Assembly: GCA_963555825.3 (NCBI GenBank)
Contig: CAUVXB020000002.1
Span: forward strand, 2,784,001 to 2,848,000
DNA length: 64,000 bases
Reading direction: 5' to 3'
DNA from: Alphaproteobacteria bacterium
GTDB lineage: Bacteria; Pseudomonadota; Alphaproteobacteria; JAAXGF01
Shown here: piece by piece, positions 26,070 to 36,082 of the stretch
How positions within the stretch are numbered: the stretch's first letter is position 1
How the letters are laid out: the number at the start of each line of letters is the position of its first letter
Notes under the pieces: generated by a model
The model's input: only the letters and a program-made list of their open reading frames with translations
Databases searched by the model: none
Told to the model about the DNA's origin: nothing
Made by a program: the position numbers and the translations under genes

Positions 26070-26110
26070 GATATCATGGGGGAGGGCGCCCGGCCTTCCC
26101 CCATGATATC
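26070..26110 (+). promoter_or_regulatory. strong intergenic stem-loop between coxL and coxD
   Basis: GATATCATGGGGGAGGGC pairs with GCCTTCCCCCATGATATC (18 bp, one G-U); no U-tract. Confidence 0.65.
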
Positions 26111-26116
26111 ATCCGC

Positions 26117-27001
26117 ATGATCATGACAGGCTCTTTGGATATCGCGGCGCGGCTCAGGGATGTGGGCTACATTCCCGATGAAACGCTTGTCATCGCGTTG
26201 CAATTCACCCTCGACCTCGAGCGTCCGCTGTTGCTGGAGGGCGAGGCGGGGGTCGGCAAGACCGAAGTCGCCCGCGCACTTTCGGCGGTGCTCGAGACGC
26301 GGCTCATCCGGCTCCAGTGTTATGAAGGCCTTGACGCCAGCAACGCCATTTACGAGTGGAACTATCAACGCCAGCTTCTCGCCATCAAGGCGAAGGAACG
26401 CGAGAAAATTTCGGCCGACGACGTCGAGGAACAGATATTTTCCGAGACCTATCTGCTGAGAAGGCCGTTGCTTGAAGCCATCAGTCAACCGCGAGCCCCG
26501 GTTCTGCTGATCGACGAGATCGACCGCGCCGATGAGGAGTTCGAGGCCTATCTTCTCGAGGTTCTCTCCGACTATCAGATCACCGTGCCCGAACTCGGCA
26601 CCATCGAGGCGAAAACCATTCCCCATGTTGTGCTGACGTCGAACGGCACGCGGGAGCTTTCCGATGCCCTGCGCCGCCGCTGTCTTTACGCGTATGTTGA
26701 ATTTCCGAGCCTTGAGCGAGAGCTTGAGATCGTTCTCTCCCGGATTCCGGGGATCGAACAGAAGCTTGCCGGCCAGGTCGTCCGGTTCATCCATGGCCTG
26801 CGGCGGGAAGACCTTGAAAAGCTGCCGGGCGTCGCCGAAACCCTGGATTGGGCGGCGGCGCTTGTCGGCATGAAGCTCGATTCCCTATCCGGCGACGCCG
26901 AGCGCATTCGCTCGACCCTGATTTGCCTGTTGAAGACCGAAGCCGACCAAAAGGCTATTTCGATCGAAGTGGTCGACCGGTTGGCTGGCCAGGCGGCCTG
27001 A
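26117..27001 (+). CDS. coxD: MoxR AAA+ ATPase CoxD
   Basis: EGEAGVGKT, RLQCYEGLD, LLIDEID, DALRRRC. Confidence 0.92.
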   Translation: MIMTGSLDIAARLRDVGYIPDETLVIALQFTLDLERPLLLEGEAGVGKTEVARALSAVLETRLIRLQCYEGLDASNAIYEWNYQRQLLAIKAKEREKISADDVEEQIFSETYLLRRPLLEAISQPRAPVLLIDEIDRADEEFEAYLLEVLSDYQITVPELGTIEAKTIPHVVLTSNGTRELSDALRRRCLYAYVEFPSLERELEIVLSRIPGIEQKLAGQVVRFIHGLRREDLEKLPGVAETLDWAAALVGMKLDSLSGDAERIRSTLICLLKTEADQKAISIEVVDRLAGQAA

Positions 27002-27005
27002 TCCG

Positions 27006-28202
27006 ATGGCGGCATCCGGTGCTTCGCTGCTGAGTGAAAACGCCATCAGCGCGCGCGTTACCGGTTTTACCGATCATTTGCGCATGAACCACTTCAAGAT
27101 CGGACCCGCCGAGACCCATGACGCCATCGGGTTTCTGGCGGCATCGCCGCTTTTGGGCGTAACCGAGACACGCCTTCGGCTGAAAGTTCTCCTTGCCAGC
27201 CGGCAGGACGAATGGACACGGTTCGACGAACTTTTTGAAGCCTATTGGCGGCCCCGGGGACGCCGGCGCACGATCGATCGCGCCGACAGCGCCGACGATG
27301 GCCGCGGCGCCGTCTTCGGCCGCCGTCTTTGGGGCGGCCACCTGCAGTCGGACGCGGGCTCCCGAAGAAGCGATCGGCCGGCGGTGGATAGCGCCGGCGA
27401 AAGCGACATCGACGGCGATGCGCCGGGCCGTCTGATCGCGTCGGAGAGGACCACGCGGACGAAAACCGACCTCCGCCACCTTGCCGATGCGCAGGAAATC
27501 GCCGAGGCCGAACGACTAGCCTTTCGCCTGGCCCGCGCCATGCGCTACCGTCTTTCCCGGCGATACCGCCGAAGCAAGCGCGGCACGCGGCTGGATTTCC
27601 GCAAGACCATTCGTGCCAGCCTGAGCCACGGCGGAAACCCTATGACCCTGGTGCGGAAATCAAGGCCGGACCGCCCGGTTCGCATCGTCCTGTTCCTCGA
27701 TGTTTCCGGGTCAATGAAATCCTACAGCCGGTTCTTTCTGCAATTCTTGAAAGGTTTTGTCTGCGCCTGGATCGACACGGACGCCTATCTGTTCCATACG
27801 AAATTGATCCGCGTCACCGACGGCATTCGCGAAAAGGACTCGCTCAAGGCCATGACCCGGCTTTCCCTCATGGCCGATGGTTTCGGCGGCGGCACGAAAC
27901 TTGGCGCGAGCCTTCGACAATTCAACGATCTCTACGCGAAACGCGCGCTCAACTCGCGCAGTGTCGCCATTGTAATGAGCGACGGCTACGACACCGGGAC
28001 CGTGGACAGCCTGACCCGCGAGCTTGCCCGGTTGAAACGCAGGGCGCCGCGCCTGATCTGGATGAACCCGTTACTTGGATGGCGGAATTACGAACCAATC
28101 ACCGCGGCCATGGACGCGGCCTTGCCCTATATCGATCATTTCGCGGCGGCCAATACCCTGGATTCCATGGCCGCCATCGAGCCCGAACTTGCCCGGCTCT
28201 GA
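27006..28202 (+). CDS. coxE: VWA-domain protein CoxE
   Basis: MIDAS DVSGSM, GGGTKLG, MSDGYD, WMNPL. Confidence 0.92.
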   Translation: MAASGASLLSENAISARVTGFTDHLRMNHFKIGPAETHDAIGFLAASPLLGVTETRLRLKVLLASRQDEWTRFDELFEAYWRPRGRRRTIDRADSADDGRGAVFGRRLWGGHLQSDAGSRRSDRPAVDSAGESDIDGDAPGRLIASERTTRTKTDLRHLADAQEIAEAERLAFRLARAMRYRLSRRYRRSKRGTRLDFRKTIRASLSHGGNPMTLVRKSRPDRPVRIVLFLDVSGSMKSYSRFFLQFLKGFVCAWIDTDAYLFHTKLIRVTDGIREKDSLKAMTRLSLMADGFGGGTKLGASLRQFNDLYAKRALNSRSVAIVMSDGYDTGTVDSLTRELARLKRRAPRLIWMNPLLGWRNYEPITAAMDAALPYIDHFAAANTLDSMAAIEPELARL

Positions 28203-28217
28203 GGGGCGATAACCGTC

Positions 28218-29051
28218 ATGACCCATGCCTCCAAAATCTTCGATCTCATCGAAAGGCTGCGCGCCGACGATGAGGATTTTTGCGTCGCCACCGTGGTCCG
28301 CACGGCGAACCTGACCTCCGCAAAGGCCGGCGCCAAGGCCGTGGTAACCGGGGACGGTGAGATCCACGGTTTCGTCGGCGGCGGCTGCGTCACCGGCGCG
28401 GTCCGCAAAGCCGCCCTCGAGGCGATGACCACGGGCCGGCCCCATATGGTCCGCATACGTCCCAAGGAAGAGGTCACCGGCGATGTCGACGCTGACGGTT
28501 CGCCGCTTTACAAGTCGAGCTGCCCCAGTGGTGGCACGGTGGAGATCTTCCTGGAGCCCATGAAGGCGGCGCGCAAAATTGTCATATGCGGGTCGTCGCC
28601 GGTGGCCCAGGCGCTTGTCGCCATCGCCAAAGCCACTGGCTTCGCCGTGGTCCATGCCGGTGCTTCCGATGCCCGCGACAGGACCCAGGGCGCCGATGAA
28701 TACCTTGACAGTTTCGATCTCGCCGACGCCGGACTGCAGCCCGGCGATTGCATCGTCATCGCCACCCAGGGCACGCGGGATCGCGATGCCCTGCGGGGCG
28801 CCCTGGCCTCGCCGGTGGCTTACGTGTCGATGATCGGCAGCCGCCGCAAGATCGAATCACTCAGGAATGGTCTGGCCAAGGAAGGGGCGATATCCGCGGA
28901 CCGGCTCGCCGAGCTCAGGGGGCCAGCGGGTTTCGATATCGGCGCGGTGGGGCCCGAGGAGATCGCGCTGTCGGTTGTTACCGAGATTGTTGCGTATTTC
29001 AGGCAACCGGATGTCGTGGACACGCCTGTTTCCGGCGCGGTGGAGACGTAG
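28218..29051 (+). CDS. coxF: XdhC/CoxF family accessory protein
   Basis: SAKAGAK, GFVGGGC, CPSGG, MIGSRRK, PEEIALS. Confidence 0.88.
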   Translation: MTHASKIFDLIERLRADDEDFCVATVVRTANLTSAKAGAKAVVTGDGEIHGFVGGGCVTGAVRKAALEAMTTGRPHMVRIRPKEEVTGDVDADGSPLYKSSCPSGGTVEIFLEPMKAARKIVICGSSPVAQALVAIAKATGFAVVHAGASDARDRTQGADEYLDSFDLADAGLQPGDCIVIATQGTRDRDALRGALASPVAYVSMIGSRRKIESLRNGLAKEGAISADRLAELRGPAGFDIGAVGPEEIALSVVTEIVAYFRQPDVVDTPVSGAVET

Positions 29052-29095
29052 ATCATGTTGCGCTGGGATCAAGTTTGGCTGGACTGAGTTTTGCT

Positions 29096-29689
29096 ATGGA
29101 ACTGAATTCAGAACACACGATCAATGCGCCGCGAGAGGCGGTATTCGCGGCGCTCAACGACCCGGAAATCCTGCGCCAATGCATTCCCGGCTGCGAAAGC
29201 CTGGACAAGGAATCCGACACCGAGATGTCGGCAATGGTCACCCTGAAGATTGGTCCGGTTAAAGCCAGGTTCAAAGGACGGGTCGAGATATCGAACCTGG
29301 TTCCCCCGGAGAGTTATTCCATTTCCGGGCAGGGAAGCGGGGGCGCATCGGGTTTCGCGAAGGGCGGCGCCGACATTACATTGATCGAAATCGGCGACGC
29401 GACCCTCCTCCAATACGAGGTCAAAGCCGAAGTGGGTGGCCGTCTCGCGCAGTTGGGCGGCCGGCTCATCGAGTCCACGGCAACGGTCCTTTCGCGAAAA
29501 TTTTTTGAGCGATTCTGCGAATTGGTGGAAGGCGAAAAAGCGGCCGATCTAGACACCGGGGATGCCGCCCAGGACACGGTTGTTACGTCCCATGAGGACA
29601 AAACAGAGGGGAGAACCTGGATTTGGATCGGCGCCGGGGTTGCTGCTCTGATCGCCGTCCTCGCCATAATATTTTCGACCAGCGGATGA
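29096..29689 (+). CDS. coxG: CoxG (SRPBCC domain with C-terminal membrane anchor)
   Basis: LNDPEILRQCIPGCE, IGPVKARF, GGRLAQLGGRLI, hydrophobic tail. Confidence 0.9.
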   Translation: MELNSEHTINAPREAVFAALNDPEILRQCIPGCESLDKESDTEMSAMVTLKIGPVKARFKGRVEISNLVPPESYSISGQGSGGASGFAKGGADITLIEIGDATLLQYEVKAEVGGRLAQLGGRLIESTATVLSRKFFERFCELVEGEKAADLDTGDAAQDTVVTSHEDKTEGRTWIWIGAGVAALIAVLAIIFSTSG

Positions 29690-29699
29690 TTTCGAAGCC

Positions 29700-30308
29700 T
29701 CAGGCAATGATGGCCTGATAGGCCTCCCGAGTGTCAATGTCGCGGATAAAATTTGGATTGTTCATCTCGATTGGGGCGACCAGGGCTGGATTGTCACGGA
29801 TCAGGTTGCGGCACCCGAATGTCATCCCCCGCTCCAGGATTTCGTCCTTGAGGAACGCCGGAAAAATAATCGGGTTCCCGCGTTCACCCTTTACCGTCGG
29901 CACGGCGACCTGACCCCGGGTAAGCGAGGCCGAGGCCGCGATGAGACTGCGATAGTCCTCGGGCGAAAGCAGCGGTTGATCGGCTAGGCAGATCATGACA
30001 GCGTCGGAGCCCGGGGAGACGGCGGCTAAGCCTGCGTGAACCGACGTCATCTGTCCGTCCGTGTAGCGGCCATTGAAAACACATGTACAAGACAGGCCGC
30101 GGAGCGCCTCAGCTACCCTTTCGCAATCATGGCCCAGCACGACGACAAGCTCGCAAACGCCGCATCCCAGAATCGCCTCGGCGGTCCTGCGAACCATGGG
30201 TACGCCCCCCACTTCCAGCAGCAGCTTGTTCGCATCGACCATGCGTTCAGACAGGCCCGCGGCCAGCAGGACAGCGGCAATTCCGCGCGGCGTGGCCTCG
30301 TCCGTCAT
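29700..30308 (-). CDS. mocA: molybdenum cofactor cytidylyltransferase (MocA-like)
   Basis: LLAAGLSERM..NKLLL, GQMTSV, LADQP, GNPIIF, DIDT; start uncertain (30308 or 30374). Confidence 0.8.
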   Translation of the reverse strand: MTDEATPRGIAAVLLAAGLSERMVDANKLLLEVGGVPMVRRTAEAILGCGVCELVVVLGHDCERVAEALRGLSCTCVFNGRYTDGQMTSVHAGLAAVSPGSDAVMICLADQPLLSPEDYRSLIAASASLTRGQVAVPTVKGERGNPIIFPAFLKDEILERGMTFGCRNLIRDNPALVAPIEMNNPNFIRDIDTREAYQAIIA

Positions 30309-30490
30309 AAACTGTTGCTCGGAGGCTCCTGCCCGGCGCCCGCCCGTCGCGGGCATCGACTTCTCTCCCATCACGTCCTTCCTGGTATTCTTGTTATCGA
30401 TGTTCGAACTTCATGGTCGCGCTATCAGGTCGGAAAGTCGAGTCCACGGTCGGCCTTTTGCTCCGTGCCCCAATGACCGCTTTGGGTCCA

Positions 30491-32172
30491 GCCTGTGTAG
30501 AAACGCACGCTGCGTCATCTGTACGGCGCGTCTCTGGGTTTGGATGATCTGTCGAGACGGGTTTTCCGGGATTATGGATTTTCGCCGCTCGTGCGGGCAT
30601 GTCGGCCGGTTGGAGCCGGTGTGAGGTGTATTTCGGCCGGATCGGGGCGCAATTTGCGGCGCAGAGAGGCCTATGCCGCCCTCATTGCCGCGATCAGTGG
30701 GTCGATGCCCAGGATGTTCATGACGCGCTTGAGATTGTAGGCCAGCACGTGCAGGGCCATCTCGGTCCTCACCCGTTTCAGCGTCTTCGTCTGGAAATGC
30801 GTCGCGCCCATCCAGGACTTGATGGTGCCGAAGGGATGCTCGGCCGTCTCGCGCCGCCGACGCATCGCCTCCGGGTGCTCGTCGAGCCGCCTCTCGACGG
30901 CCTCGAGAACATGCTCGTGCTGCCAGCGGGTGATGCGGCGCTGCTTGGCCGTGGTGCAGCGATGCTTGATGGCGCATCCCTGACAGGCGTTGGTCCAGTA
31001 GCGCCGCATGCTCAGCCCCCTCTCCTGGCTGGTGAAGCGGTAGACCAAACGCTCGCCGGCCGGGCAGCGATAGACATCGTCGGCGGCCAGATAGACGAAG
31101 TCCTGTTTGCCGAAGCGGCCCTTGGCCTTGGCTCCAGAGGTCAGCGGCTTAGGCAATGTGACGGTGATGCCGGCCTCATCGCAGGCCAGAATCTCCTTGC
31201 CGTTGTAGTAGCCGCGATCGGCAACGACATCCAACTCGTCGGTCTCCAGAGCCGCCTTGGTCCGCTTCGCCATGGCTAAGAGCTGGGCGCGGTCAGTGCC
31301 CTGATTGGTCACCTCGTGGGCAACGATCAGGTGGTGCTTGGTGTCGACGGCGGCCTGAACGTTGTAGCCCACCACGCCGGAACCCCGGCCGCTCGTCGCC
31401 ATCGAGCGGGCATCGGGATCGCTCAGAGAGATCTGCTGGTCCGGGCTCGCACGCCGCTCGACTTCAAGCGCCTTCAGGCGCCGCATCTCCTGCTTGAGGA
31501 TCGCAATCTTGTCGGCCAGACGAGCGGTCTTGGTCGTCCGCGCCAGCGACGGCTCTTGCCGGTCGGCGCTGTCCAGTTGCGCCAGATAGCGCCCGACGCT
31601 CTCCTCGATCTGCGCCACCCGCCGCGCCATCTTGGCCCGCGTGAAGTTCCTGTCCCGGCTGTTGACCGCCTTGAACTTGCTGCCATCGATCGCCACGCTC
31701 GCCTCGGCGAACAGCTCGAGCCGGCGGCACAGCGCGACGAACCGGGCGCAGACCTTGCGGATCGCTCCGCCGTTGTCCTTACGGAAGTCGGCGATCGTCT
31801 TGTGATCCGGCACCAGCCGACCGACCAGCCACATCACTTCCACGTTGCGCCCGGCCTCCCGTTCCAGCCGACGGCTCGACTGAACCCGGTTGAGATAGCC
31901 GTAGATGTAGAGCTTCAACAAATCGCAAGGATGATAGGCCGGCCTGCCGGTCGCCAGCGGCTCGACCCGGTCGAACCCGAGACCCCCAAGATCGAGCTCA
32001 TCGACGAAGACGTCGATCGCCCGAACCGGGTTGTCGTCGCCGATCCAGTCTTCCAGGCGCTCGGGAAACAACGTGCCCTGGCCGCGATCGACACCCTCGA
32101 CAAAACGCTTCATCAGACCCTCCCGCCGGTACTATCGAGGGATTCTAACAGGCCCCACGTTTTTACACAGCC
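30491..32172 (-). mobile_element. IS1182-family element (transposase 30671-32113)
   Basis: PDHKTIADFR, IDGSKFKA, GYNVQ, ADRGY, EHPFGTIK; IRs GCCTGTGTAGAAACG and GGCTGTGTAAAAACG; TGGGTC on both sides. Confidence 0.92.
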
Positions 32173-32429
32173 TGGGTCACCAGCAGACTTTAGACGGTGA
32201 CGCGGCCGGCGTCTGCTTTGTCGCGGGAACCGGACATCGATCGTCAACACTCTGAATTCCACGCCTGCCACGTCGGCTTTCGAGCGGAGAGCAGACCTCG
32301 CGGCGCGGCGCTGAGAATGGCAGAGCAATAATCCCCCACTTAAGCGGCCGGTCGATCCGGCTGCGGCGGACCAAAATGGGACCGCGTATAGCCTTCTGTC
32401 AGGGTTGCTCTGACTGGAAGGCGGGGGGG

Positions 32430-33929
32430 ATGTATCGGGTGGAGTTGTACGCACGGGTTCGGCGGGCGTGTCATGTCGAGGGGATGAGCACCCGCGAGGC
32501 CTCGCGGGTGTTTGGTGTAGACCGCAAGACGGTCCGTAAGATGCTGTCGTTCTCGGTGCCGCCAGGGTATCGCCGAAGCGCGCCGCCGAGGCGGCCAAAG
32601 CTGGGTCCGTTCACGGGAATCATCGATCGGATCTTGGAAGACGATCGGACCAGCCACCGCAAGCAACGGCACACTGCGAAGCGCATCTTCGACCGCCTCC
32701 GGGACGAGTACGGTTTCACGGGCGGCTACACCATCGTGAAGGACTACGTTCGTGAGCAGGGGCTTCGGTCGCGTGAGGTGTTCGTGCCACTCTCCCATTC
32801 CCCCGGTCACGCCCAGGCGGACTTCGGCGAAGCGATGGCGGTGATCGGCGGCGCGTTACGGAAGATCCACTTCCTTGCCTTCGACCTTCCCCACAGTGAT
32901 GGTTGCTTTGTTGCGGCCTATCCGGCGGAGACGACCGAAGCATTCTGCGATGGCCACAACGCGGCGTTTGCCTTCTTCGGCGGCGTCCCCCGATCCATCC
33001 TGTACGACAACACCAAGCTGGCGGTTGCCCGGATCCTGGGCGATGGGAAGCGGCAGCGAACGCGCGTCTTCACGGAGCTTCAGTCCCACTATCTGTTCGA
33101 GGACAGGTTCGGCCGGCCGGGCAAGGGCAACGACAAGGGCAAGGTCGAGGGACTGGTCGGCTTCATCCGGCGGAACTTCCTGGTCCCCGTCCCGCGTGCC
33201 GAGAGCTTCGCGGCCCTCAACGATGCTCTCGCCGAACAGTGCCGCCGGCGCCAGGCGGCGCGGCTGCGGGGCCACAAGGAGACCATCGGCGAGCGTCTCG
33301 AGCGGGATCGTCAAGTTCTCTTGCCATTGCCGCCTGCTCCCTATGATGCCTGCGATAAGCGCCCTGGACGGGCGAGTTCGCTGTCGCTGGTGCGTTACCG
33401 CAGCAACGACTATTCCGTGCCCGTGGCCTACGGCCACCGTGAGGTGCTCATCCGGGGCTACGTCGATGAGGTGGTGATCAGCTGCGGGGCCGAGGTGATC
33501 GCCCGGCACCGCCGGTCCTACGACAGCGAGGACCTGATCTTCGACCCGCTGCATTACCTGCCCTTGATCGAGCAGAAGATCGGCGCCCTCGACCAGGCCG
33601 CGCCATTGGCGGGCTGGGACCTGCCCGAGGCCTTCATCACTCTGCGGCGGCTCCTCGAAGCTCGTATGGGCAAGGCAGGCAAGCGCGAGTACGTCCAGGT
33701 GCTCCGTCTACTGGAGACCTTCCGGCTCGAGGAGGTCGAGGGTGCGGTCGGCGACGCCCTGCGGCTCGGCGCAATCGGCTTTGATGCGGTGAAGCACCTG
33801 GTACTGTGCCGCATCGAGCGGCGGCCGCCCAGGCTCAACCTCGACGTCTATCCGTATCTGCCGCGCGCCCGGGTCGCGATGACGTCCGCCAAGTCGTACA
33901 TGAGCCTGCTGTCGGGGCTCGGCGCATGA
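32430..33929 (+). CDS. istA: IS21 transposase
   Basis: QADFG, LYDN, KGKVE. Confidence 0.95.
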   Translation: MYRVELYARVRRACHVEGMSTREASRVFGVDRKTVRKMLSFSVPPGYRRSAPPRRPKLGPFTGIIDRILEDDRTSHRKQRHTAKRIFDRLRDEYGFTGGYTIVKDYVREQGLRSREVFVPLSHSPGHAQADFGEAMAVIGGALRKIHFLAFDLPHSDGCFVAAYPAETTEAFCDGHNAAFAFFGGVPRSILYDNTKLAVARILGDGKRQRTRVFTELQSHYLFEDRFGRPGKGNDKGKVEGLVGFIRRNFLVPVPRAESFAALNDALAEQCRRRQAARLRGHKETIGERLERDRQVLLPLPPAPYDACDKRPGRASSLSLVRYRSNDYSVPVAYGHREVLIRGYVDEVVISCGAEVIARHRRSYDSEDLIFDPLHYLPLIEQKIGALDQAAPLAGWDLPEAFITLRRLLEARMGKAGKREYVQVLRLLETFRLEEVEGAVGDALRLGAIGFDAVKHLVLCRIERRPPRLNLDVYPYLPRARVAMTSAKSYMSLLSGLGA

Positions 33930-34690
33930 CCGACACACCGCAAGTGCTGCTCGCCCACCACCTCAAGACGCTGAAGCTGCCGACCTTCCTGCGCGAGTAC
34001 GACAAGATCGCCCGGCAGTGCGCCTCGGAAGGCGTCGATCACGTCCGCTACCTGTTGAGACTCGCCGAGCTCGAGCTGATCGACCGCGAGCGCCGCATGG
34101 TCGAGCGGCGCATCAAGGCGGCGCGCTTCCCCGTGGTCAAGAGCCTCGACAGCTTCGACTTCAAGGTCATCCCCTCGCTCAACAAGGCGCTGGTCCTGGA
34201 GCTGGCCCGCTGCGAGTACATCGAGCGCCGCGAGAACCTCATCGCGCTCGGCAACAGTGGGACCGGCAAGACCCACATCGCCCTCGGTCTCGGCCTGGCG
34301 GCCTGCCAGAAGGGCCTCTCGGTCGGCTTCATCACCGCCGCCGCGCTGGTCCACGAACTCATCGAGGCCCGCGATGACAAGCAGCTGCTGAGGTTCCAGA
34401 AGAAGCTCGCCACCTACAAGCTTCTGATCGTCGACGAACTCGGCTTCGTGCCGCTGTCGAAGACCGGCGCCGAGCTGTTGTTCGAGGTGTTCAGCCAACG
34501 CTACGAGCGGGGCTCGACCCTGGTCACCACCAATCTGCCCTTCGACGAATGGACCGAGGTGTTCGGCTCCGAGCGCCTCACCGGCGCGCTCCTCGATCGC
34601 CTCACCCACCACGTCAACATCCTCGAGATGAACGGTGACAGCTACAGGCTCAACCAGAGCCGCAGGCGTCAAACCCCGACTGCTAACTGA
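33926..34690 (+). CDS. istB: IS21 helper AAA+ ATPase
   Basis: GNSGTGKT, LLIVDELG, TTNLPF, LLDRL. Confidence 0.95.
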   Translation: MTDTPQVLLAHHLKTLKLPTFLREYDKIARQCASEGVDHVRYLLRLAELELIDRERRMVERRIKAARFPVVKSLDSFDFKVIPSLNKALVLELARCEYIERRENLIALGNSGTGKTHIALGLGLAACQKGLSVGFITAAALVHELIEARDDKQLLRFQKKLATYKLLIVDELGFVPLSKTGAELLFEVFSQRYERGSTLVTTNLPFDEWTEVFGSERLTGALLDRLTHHVNILEMNGDSYRLNQSRRRQTPTAN

Positions 34691-34881
34691 ACCGACCACC
34701 CAGCCCACGCTTGACCCCGTGGGCCCACAGGTCCCTCCCGCGCGCGCCGCCGCGTCAGCCTGTTGAGGGCACGCCGCGTCGCGCGCGGGGCCCTCCCGTG
34801 GACTACGGGGACAAGCCCGCAGCCGCCAAGCGGTCCCTTCTTACACCGCCGAGGTGGTCCCTTTTTGCTCCGCCATTGACA

Positions 34882-35325
34882 GATATCCTGGTTCAGTCCC
34901 GGAGGAACAAGAAAGCAGCACTCAAGCTGATGCGCAAACTGCTCAAGAAGCAGGGGTATGCGCCGAATAAGGTGGTGACCGATAAACTGCCATCTTACGG
35001 GGCAGCATTGCGTGATCTCAACATGACGGGGAAACACGTTACCGGCGGACGGAGCAACAATCGGGCGGAGAATTCGCACCTGCCGGTTCGACAACGAGAA
35101 CGCAGGATGCAGGGCTTCAAGTCATCAGGATCGGCGCAAAGGTTTCTCTCCACTCACGCCGCCATCTACAACACCTTCAATGTCCAACGTCATCTGATCA
35201 CTCGCAAGACAATGAGCCAATTCCGCGGTGACGCGATGAACACGTGGCGGACCGTGACCGCTGCTGCTTGAGCCGCTCAGTTCAGACGTTCAACTGCGAC
35301 CTGCCTTCGTTAAGTTGACAGCACC
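34882..35325 (+). mobile_element. IS6-family 3' remnant
   Basis: DILVQSRRN..VTDKLPSY..NNRAENSH; right IR GTTAAGTTGACAGCACC. Confidence 0.88.
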
Positions 35326-35493
35326 TTCAGGGCCGTGTACACGGTTCGGTTCGAAACGGCGGTCTATGTCCTTCATGCCTTCCAGAAAAAGGCCAAACGG
35401 GGCGCCGCCACCCCGAAACCGGAACTCGACATGGTCCGGCGCCGGCTGAGGGTGGCCGAGCAACATGACCGGGACACGCATGGCGGAGGGTAG
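35326..35493 (+). pseudogene. RelE/HigB (Gp49-like) toxin, 5'-truncated by IS6
   Basis: FRAVYTVRFETAVYVLHAFQKKAKRG..TPKPELDMVRRRL. Confidence 0.8.
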
Positions 35494-35497
35494 AACC

Positions 35498-35836
35498 ATG
35501 ACCACATCCGACTCGACCGTCGAACGCGGCAGCGGCAACGTCTTCGCGGACCTCGGCCATCCCGAGGCCGATGCCCATCTGCTCAAGGCGGACCTCGTCA
35601 CCCGCATCGACACCATCATCCGCCAGCGCGGCATCACCCAGACCGAGGCGGCACGCCTGCTCGGCCTCACCCAGCCCGACGTGTCGCGGCTGCTCAGGGG
35701 CGACTTCCGCGAGTATTCCCTGGAACGCTTTTTCCGCCTGTTCACCGCCCTCGGCCGCGATATCGACATCGTCATCCGCCAGCCACGCTCGGCCTCCGGC
35801 GGGAAGCTGCGCATCGCGGCAAGCGAGATCGGCTGA
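35498..35836 (+). CDS. XRE-HTH antitoxin (HigA-like)
   Basis: GSGNVFADLG, TQTEAARLLGLTQPDVSRL, YSLERF. Confidence 0.88.
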   Translation: MTTSDSTVERGSGNVFADLGHPEADAHLLKADLVTRIDTIIRQRGITQTEAARLLGLTQPDVSRLLRGDFREYSLERFFRLFTALGRDIDIVIRQPRSASGGKLRIAASEIG

Positions 35837-36082
35837 CGCCACCCTCGCGTCGCCCCTCGCGGCGGGTCTGCTACGCAGCCGGCCCGCCCTCCGCCGCTCC
35901 GGTTGACCGCCATACCCGATATTCGCTACCCCTCCAGAACTCATCGTGCCGCGTTCGCGAACCGATTGCGCGACACTCTGCATCATGACCCCATTCTTCC
36001 GATGGAGGAGTACGCGAGTGCCCAGATCCGCATCCCCTGACGACTACGAACTCCTGACAGTGTCCGACGCGATCCATCGTGG

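Larger units (their letters stand above)
32312..34881 (+). mobile_element. IS21-family element, copy 1, complete
   Basis: Ends TGAGAATGGCAGAGCAA.. and ..TTGCTCCGCCATTGACA; carries istA and istB. Confidence 0.95.
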
